The position numbers and the translations under genes are program-made. A stretch of DNA of 64,000 nucleotides from Candidatus Latescibacterota bacterium (lineage in GTDB: Bacteria; Latescibacterota; UBA2968). This document shows, one piece after another, positions 58,384-64,000 of the stretch (positions are counted from its first letter, which is position 1; each line of letters opens with the position of its first letter). The DNA is taken from assembly GCA_965207885.1 (NCBI GenBank), contig OZ242311.1:1568001-1632000 (forward strand). The letters run 5' to 3'. The notes under the pieces are model-generated. The model made no database searches and was not told the origin of the DNA. It was given only the letters and a program-made list of their open reading frames with translations.

Positions 58384-61300
58384 TCATTCTGCGGATACAT
58401 CCCGCTCCTTCCACAACGCATAAATCGCTGGAATCACCAGCAGCGTCAAAATCGTCGATGACACCATCCCCCCCACCATAGGTGCTGCAATGCGCTTCAT
58501 CGCCTCGGACCCCGTGCCCGTTGACCACATAATCGGCAACAGACCAACCATCGTTGAAAACACCGTCATCAACTTGGGCCGCACCCGCTCCACAGCACCG
58601 GACATCACCGCCTGATTTAAGTCCGCCAGCGTCAAAACATCGCCTTTTTCGCGTCTAATACTCTCATAAGCCTGATCCAGATAAATCAGCATCACCACCC
58701 CCGTCTCGGCAGCCAATCCCGCCAGCGCGATAAATCCAACCCCCACGGCAATACTCATATCGTAATCCAAAATATACATCAACCATATCCCACCGACCAG
58801 AGCAAAGGGCAGAGAAAGCATCACAATCGCGGTCTCAGTCACATTTCTAAAATTCAGATACAACAGCACAAAAATGATCGCCAGCGTCACGGGCACCACA
58901 ACCTTCAGCTTTTTCTCTGCCCGCAACATATATTCATACTGACCGCTCCAGATCGCGGTGTATCCGGGTGGCATCTGCACCTGCTCCAACACCGCCTGTT
59001 GCGCCCTCGCGACATAAGTTCCCACATCCACACCTTCAATATCGACATAGACCCACGCATTTAACCGCGCATTCTCGCTCTTAATACCCGGTGGACCCTT
59101 CCGAATGTGAAGATCTGCCAATTGTCCAATGGGAATCTGCGCCCCCATCGGCGTGGGCACCAGCACGCGCCGAAGCGCGGGCAAATTGTCGCGCAATTCC
59201 CGTCCATAACGCAAATTCACCGGATAGCGCTCCAAACCCTCCACAGTATGCGTAATATTCATCCCGCCCAATGCCGACATAATAACATCCTGCACATCCC
59301 CAACCGTCAGCCCATAACGCGCTGCAGCCTGTCTATCGATCTCAAAATCCAGATAATTGCCACCCGCAGCGCGCTCGGCAAACACACTCAGCGTACCTGG
59401 CAAATCGCGCACCACCTTTTCTATCTTCTCCCCCAACACCTGCAATGTCTCCAGATCATCCCCCACCACCTTGATACCCACAGGCGTCTTAATACCCGTT
59501 GAAAGCATATCGATGCGCGTCTTAATCGGCATAGTCCACGCATTGGTCAACCCCGGAAATTTCACCGCCTGATTCAATTCCCGAATTAATTTTTGAGGCG
59601 TCATCCCTTCTCGCCACTCGGACTCGGGCTTGAGCATAATCGTCGTCTCAATCATCGACAGCGGAGCCGGGTCTGTCGCAGTCTCCGCCCGACCAATTTT
59701 GCCAAATACGTGTTCAACTTCGGGAAAAGTGCGGATAATTTTATCCGTCTGTTGCAACAGTGCCCGCGCCCTCGTAATCGATATCCCTGGCAATGTCGTG
59801 GGCATATACAACAGATCGCCCTCGTACAGAGGCGGCATAAATTCCGATCCAATTTTTTCCATAGGAAATAGCGCGTCCAACTTCACCAGTGCCCGATAAG
59901 TCAAACTCTGCGGTCGGTCTGAAAAACGCGACACCACGATATCCCGAAATGGAAACACCGTCACAAACAACACCAGCCCGCCCAACACCACAGTCAGCAC
60001 TCGATGTCGCAACACCCAATCAATCACGGGCCGGTACAGATAAATCAACACGCGACTTATAGGATTCTCCGCCTCAGACCGAATTTTGCCGCGCACAAAA
60101 AAAGTCATCAGCACCGGCACAACCGTAATCGCCAAAAATGCCGCCGCCGCCATAGCATAAGTTTTGGTATATGCGAGCGGCTTAAACAATCGTCCCTCCT
60201 GCGCCTCCAGCGCAAAAACCGGCAAAAACGACAGCGTAATAATCAGCAGCGAAAAAAACAGCGCAGGCCCCACCTCTTTCGAAGCGGCAATAATCATCTC
60301 ACTATGCGACTTTGTCCCGCCATCGCGTTCGATATGCTTGTGTGCATTTTCAATCATCACAATAGCGGCATCCACCATCGCCCCAATGGCAATCGCAATA
60401 CCGCCAAGAGACATAATATTCGAATTGACACCCTGGTGATACATCGCGGCAAACGCAATTAAAATCCCCATCGGCAATGTGAAAACAGCCACAAAAGCAC
60501 TGCGAAAATGGAGCAAAAAAACGATACACACCACCGCCACGATCGCGATCTCTTCAATCAGCTTTTTTTGCAAATGATCAACCGCGCGCAGAATAAGCGC
60601 CGAGCGATCGTAATTGGCGATCACCACCACACCCTCGGGAAGACCGGGTTTGAGCGATTCCATCTTCTCTTTCACCCGATCAATAACTTTGAGCGCATTT
60701 TCCCCATACCGCATCACCACAATACCCCCTACCACCTCCCCCTCGCCATTCCACTCGGCCAATCCCCTTCTAAGCTCTGGCCCCACCTGCACAGTCGCAA
60801 CATCTTTTACGCGAATCGGCGTACCGTGTTCATCCACGCCCAGGGCAATCTGCTCGATATCCGCCACAGATTGGATATATCCCAACCCGCGAACCATAAA
60901 TTCCGTCTCTGCCAGTTCGACCAATCGCCCCCCCACATCGCTATTACTTCGCTGAATCGCCATCCGAACCTTCTGCAAAGGAATATTGTATGCCAGCAAG
61001 CGATTGGGATCCACAACCACCTGATACTGCTTCACAAATCCACCCACAGATGCCACTTCCGACACACCCTGCACACTGCTCAACTCATAACGCAAATACC
61101 AATCCTGAATCGAGCGCAATTCTGAAAGATCGTATCTCCCCGTTGTATCCAGCACCGTATATTGATAAACCCAGCCCACACCCGTCGCATCTGGCCCCAG
61201 TTTTGGCGTCACCCCTTGCGGCAATCTATCAGACGCGGAATTGAGATACTCCAACACCCGACTGCGCGCCCAGTACATATCCGTACCATCCTCAAAAATC

Positions 61301-61584
61301 ACATACACATAAGACATGCCAAAAAACGAATATCCCCGCACCGTCTTTGCATAAGGAACGGACAACATCGCCGTCGTCAGCGGATACGTCACCTGATCTT
61401 CCACCACCTGCGGTGCCTGCCCCGAATATTCGCTAAACACGATCACCTGCACATCCGACAAATCGGGAATCGCATCCAGTGGCGTATTCAGCATCGCATA
61501 CAACCCCCATCCAATCACCATCAAAGTAGCGATCACCACCAGGAACCGATTCTTCACACTCGCTTCAATAATTCGATTTAGCAT
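58384..61584 (-). CDS. cusA: CusA/SilA heavy-metal RND efflux transporter
   Basis: LDAIPDLSDVQVI, GPDATGVGWVYQY, GSEFMPPL-EGDLLYMP, MPIKTRIDMLSTG, RVRPKLMT. Confidence 0.95.
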   Translation of the reverse strand: MLNRIIEASVKNRFLVVIATLMVIGWGLYAMLNTPLDAIPDLSDVQVIVFSEYSGQAPQVVEDQVTYPLTTAMLSVPYAKTVRGYSFFGMSYVYVIFEDGTDMYWARSRVLEYLNSASDRLPQGVTPKLGPDATGVGWVYQYTVLDTTGRYDLSELRSIQDWYLRYELSSVQGVSEVASVGGFVKQYQVVVDPNRLLAYNIPLQKVRMAIQRSNSDVGGRLVELAETEFMVRGLGYIQSVADIEQIALGVDEHGTPIRVKDVATVQVGPELRRGLAEWNGEGEVVGGIVVMRYGENALKVIDRVKEKMESLKPGLPEGVVVIANYDRSALILRAVDHLQKKLIEEIAIVAVVCIVFLLHFRSAFVAVFTLPMGILIAFAAMYHQGVNSNIMSLGGIAIAIGAMVDAAIVMIENAHKHIERDGGTKSHSEMIIAASKEVGPALFFSLLIITLSFLPVFALEAQEGRLFKPLAYTKTYAMAAAAFLAITVVPVLMTFFVRGKIRSEAENPISRVLIYLYRPVIDWVLRHRVLTVVLGGLVLFVTVFPFRDIVVSRFSDRPQSLTYRALVKLDALFPMEKIGSEFMPPLYEGDLLYMPTTLPGISITRARALLQQTDKIIRTFPEVEHVFGKIGRAETATDPAPLSMIETTIMLKPESEWREGMTPQKLIRELNQAVKFPGLTNAWTMPIKTRIDMLSTGIKTPVGIKVVGDDLETLQVLGEKIEKVVRDLPGTLSVFAERAAGGNYLDFEIDRQAAARYGLTVGDVQDVIMSALGGMNITHTVEGLERYPVNLRYGRELRDNLPALRRVLVPTPMGAQIPIGQLADLHIRKGPPGIKSENARLNAWVYVDIEGVDVGTYVARAQQAVLEQVQMPPGYTAIWSGQYEYMLRAEKKLKVVVPVTLAIIFVLLYLNFRNVTETAIVMLSLPFALVGGIWLMYILDYDMSIAVGVGFIALAGLAAETGVVMLIYLDQAYESIRREKGDVLTLADLNQAVMSGAVERVRPKLMTVFSTMVGLLPIMWSTGTGSEAMKRIAAPMVGGMVSSTILTLLVIPAIYALWKERDVSAE

Positions 61585-61613
61585 CGCGTTCCAACCCCCT
61601 CAAAATACGCACC

Positions 61614-63020
61614 TCAATGTCCGCCATGTCCGCCATGTCCGCCATGTCCGCCATGTCCGCCATGACCACCAACATCCCCTCGCATCCCCGCCAGTGCAGC
61701 CTTCAAATTGCTCTCTGAATCGATCAAAAATTGCGCCGAAGTCACAATCCGCTCCCCTGAATTTAGCCCCTTCAGCACCTCATATCCATCCTCAGTCTCG
61801 ACCCCGATGTGAACCTCGCGCGGCTCAAACCTGCCGTCTCCGTGAGCCATCACAACAACCCTTCGCGTCCCCGAATGAATCACTGCCTGAGCGGGTATCA
61901 CAATACCCTCACGCGCCACCTCGGGGCGAATCACCACATCGGCATACATATCCGGTTTAAGCGCACCATCTGCATTGTCAAAAACCATCCGCACCTGCAC
62001 CGTGCGCGTCTTTTCATTCATAAACGGAAAAATATAATCCACTTTCCCCTCAAATTGCTCACCCGGCAAATAAGACAGCGACACCTCTGCGCGCTGCCCT
62101 TTGGAAACCCAGGGCATCTCGTACTCGTACACATCTGCATAAATCCACACCACCGACAGATCCGCAATGCGATACAGATGTTGGCCCGACCCGATATACG
62201 CACCCTCCAGCACATCTTTGTGCGTCACAATCCCCGAACGAGGAGCCAGAATGGGCATTGTCCGCCCAACCCGTCGCGTCTTTTCCAACTCTGCAATCTG
62301 CCCCGCCGAAATATCCCAGTACAGCAACCTTTGCCGCGCAGCAACGAGCAGATCGTCGGCACTTTGCGCCACATCTCGATCCACACCACCGCGCATTCTC
62401 TCTGCATAATCCAGAGCCGTCAAATACTCCTCTTGCGCTGCAACCAGTTCAGGGCTATAAAGCGCCAGCAAAGGCTGCCCCTTTTCCACCCACTGACCGG
62501 TATAATCCACATACAACTCTTCAACCCACCCGGCGATCTTACTATTCACATCCATAATCCGCGTCTCGTCATAATCCACCCTGCCCACCGCGCGCACCGT
62601 GCGCTTCAAAGGCTGCTTTTCCACCACCATCGTCTTCACACCAATATTCTGAATCGTCACAGGATCAATCTGCACGCTTCCATCCTGAACTGACGACGCA
62701 TCAGCCTCCTTCACCACCAGATCCATACCGCAAATAGGACAACTACCCGGCTTATCCGATACCACCGTCGGATGCATCGGACAAATATATGTTTCGTGAT
62801 CCGCATGCATCTTATGACCGTGCCCACCATCCACCTCCTTCACCACCAGATCCATACCGCAAATAGGACAAGATCCGGGCTTATCCGACACCACCGTCGG
62901 ATGCATCGGACAAATATATGTTTCCAACGCCTGCACCTGCTCTGTATGCGTATCTCCCGAAATCCAGACCCCGCCAACAAATCCCACAATCAATGATAGA
63001 ATTGGAAGGAGATATTTCAT
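61614..63020 (-). CDS. cusB: CusB-like membrane fusion protein with two YxCPMHP metal-binding domains and a (GGH)6 tail
   Basis: YICPMHP…PGSCPICGMDLV x2; YSPEL-AAQEEY; QFLIDSES. Confidence 0.92.
   Translation of the reverse strand: MKYLLPILSLIVGFVGGVWISGDTHTEQVQALETYICPMHPTVVSDKPGSCPICGMDLVVKEVDGGHGHKMHADHETYICPMHPTVVSDKPGSCPICGMDLVVKEADASSVQDGSVQIDPVTIQNIGVKTMVVEKQPLKRTVRAVGRVDYDETRIMDVNSKIAGWVEELYVDYTGQWVEKGQPLLALYSPELVAAQEEYLTALDYAERMRGGVDRDVAQSADDLLVAARQRLLYWDISAGQIAELEKTRRVGRTMPILAPRSGIVTHKDVLEGAYIGSGQHLYRIADLSVVWIYADVYEYEMPWVSKGQRAEVSLSYLPGEQFEGKVDYIFPFMNEKTRTVQVRMVFDNADGALKPDMYADVVIRPEVAREGIVIPAQAVIHSGTRRVVVMAHGDGRFEPREVHIGVETEDGYEVLKGLNSGERIVTSAQFLIDSESNLKAALAGMRGDVGGHGGHGGHGGHGGHGGH
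61617..61670. repeat. 9-bp tandem repeat (ATGTCCGCC)x5 plus 1 degenerate copy, encoding (GGH)6
   Basis: Directly visible in the sequence. Confidence 0.9.
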
Positions 63021-63040
63021 GTCTCAACTCCTTTTTAAAC

Positions 63041-63064
63041 GGGCAGACACAGGCCTGCCCCTAC
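63041..63064 (-). repeat. GTAG-type REP-like palindrome
   Basis: Minus strand GTAG-GGGCAG-gcctgtgt-CTGCCC. Confidence 0.6.
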
Positions 63065-63071
63065 CTCGCAC

Positions 63072-64000
63072 CTAACGCCCCACCGCCGCCGCCAGATCCG
63101 CCACCCGTTTTTCATGCTCAATCACATGTCGATAATGTGCGATCTCAAAATTCAATAGCGTCACCTGATTATTCAACAACGTCAAAAAATCCACCTTATC
63201 CACCCGATACCCCGACAATGCCGACGCCAGCGACTGCTCTGCCTGGGGCAACATCGCAGAGCGAAACAACTCGGCACTTTCCCGGTGTTGTCTGACCTCA
63301 ATAATTAGACGCTGAATCTCGTAGTGAATCTCCTGGCGTTCAGCAGCCTTTTGAGACTCAACCTCTCGCAGATTGGCTCTCGCTTCTGCAATCTGCTGGC
63401 GTTGCTTGCGTCCGCCAAACACGGGAAGTGGAATACCTATACCAACAGATATAAAATCGCTTCCTTTCACCGGATCATTGGCCGCAAACACGCGCTGGCG
63501 ATAACCCAAACTCACCGTCATATCCGGCCAAACATTTCTTCTCGCAACCTCAACCTCTGCTCGCCACATCAAAATCGATTGATCCATAGCTTTCAGAGAT
63601 GGGTGCCTCTCATCGGCTTGAGCCAGCAAGACATCAATCGTCAGCGGCACGCCTGAAAGACCAATAGTATCTGGCGGCGCGCCCAAAGAACCTTGTGGAG
63701 ACCGATTCAACACCAGATTCAAACGCGTCTCTGCCAATTGCTTTTTAGCCCGAAGAGCAATCAACTCCGTATCCAGTGCAGAAAGCGAAACCTGAGCTTT
63801 TAACACATCCTGTTGCAACCCTTTTCCAACGGCGTATTTCGTGCGAGCAATGCGAATCAGATCTTGCAACAAAACCCGATTCTTTTCCATAATCGCAATG
63901 GCACGGATCACATAAGCCAGATCAAAAAAAGGCTGCTTAATCGCATTGGCAATTACCAGTTCTCGGTCACGCAACAGCCATGCAACAGAGTCTGAGGCAA
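63072..64000 (-). CDS. TolC/CusC-like outer membrane efflux protein, 5'-truncated by the window edge
   Basis: Frame is open to the window end; Y-VGKG-QQDVLKAQ, IPLPVF, Y-VDKVDFLTLL; first gene of the cus operon in this window. Confidence 0.88.
   Translation of the reverse strand, partial: ASDSVAWLLRDRELVIANAIKQPFFDLAYVIRAIAIMEKNRVLLQDLIRIARTKYAVGKGLQQDVLKAQVSLSALDTELIALRAKKQLAETRLNLVLNRSPQGSLGAPPDTIGLSGVPLTIDVLLAQADERHPSLKAMDQSILMWRAEVEVARRNVWPDMTVSLGYRQRVFAANDPVKGSDFISVGIGIPLPVFGGRKQRQQIAEARANLREVESQKAAERQEIHYEIQRLIIEVRQHRESAELFRSAMLPQAEQSLASALSGYRVDKVDFLTLLNNQVTLLNFEIAHYRHVIEHEKRVADLAAAVGR

Noticed and set aside
1-64000. tRNA, rRNA, prophage or integrase genes
   Set aside because: None recognised by eye; a tRNAscan-SE or Infernal run is needed to exclude them fully

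Overview
Bacterial chromosomal window of roughly balanced GC. The gene repertoire (sulfatases, PhyH-like dioxygenases, Gfo/Idh/MocA oxidoreductase, short HicB) resembles marine-sponge symbiont genomes such as Latescibacterota or Gemmatimonadota MAGs; this is inference only. Layout: (1-16 kb) catabolic and transport genes, including a truncated metal-efflux cluster, a sugar ABC transporter, a sulfatase, a pectate lyase and a sulfatase remnant; (16.3-25.9 kb) a defence island next to gatB; (26-45.9 kb) housekeeping genes (gatBA, tatA, pssA, degP, truA, comEC, a 6S RNA, accA, argJ, cimA, leuDCA, ilvN with a Leu/Ile/Val-rich leader peptide); (46-57.9 kb) mixed metabolism, an AT-rich Type II R-M cassette, cysK and yeiH; (57.9-64 kb) a Cus-type metal efflux operon. 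Top finding: a Type III R-M operon whose Mod methyltransferase ends in an in-frame 44-aa antitoxin-like tail, with an intact relE toxin gene translationally coupled between mod and res. This is a candidate toxin-guarded R-M system. The same island holds an AAA ATPase/putative nuclease pair, a putAbiC-like gene, an orphan hicB and a 1.6-kb transposase-free cassette bounded by perfect 25-bp inverted repeats. No tRNA, rRNA or CRISPR array was seen. All family assignments are by motif recognition; no searches were run.
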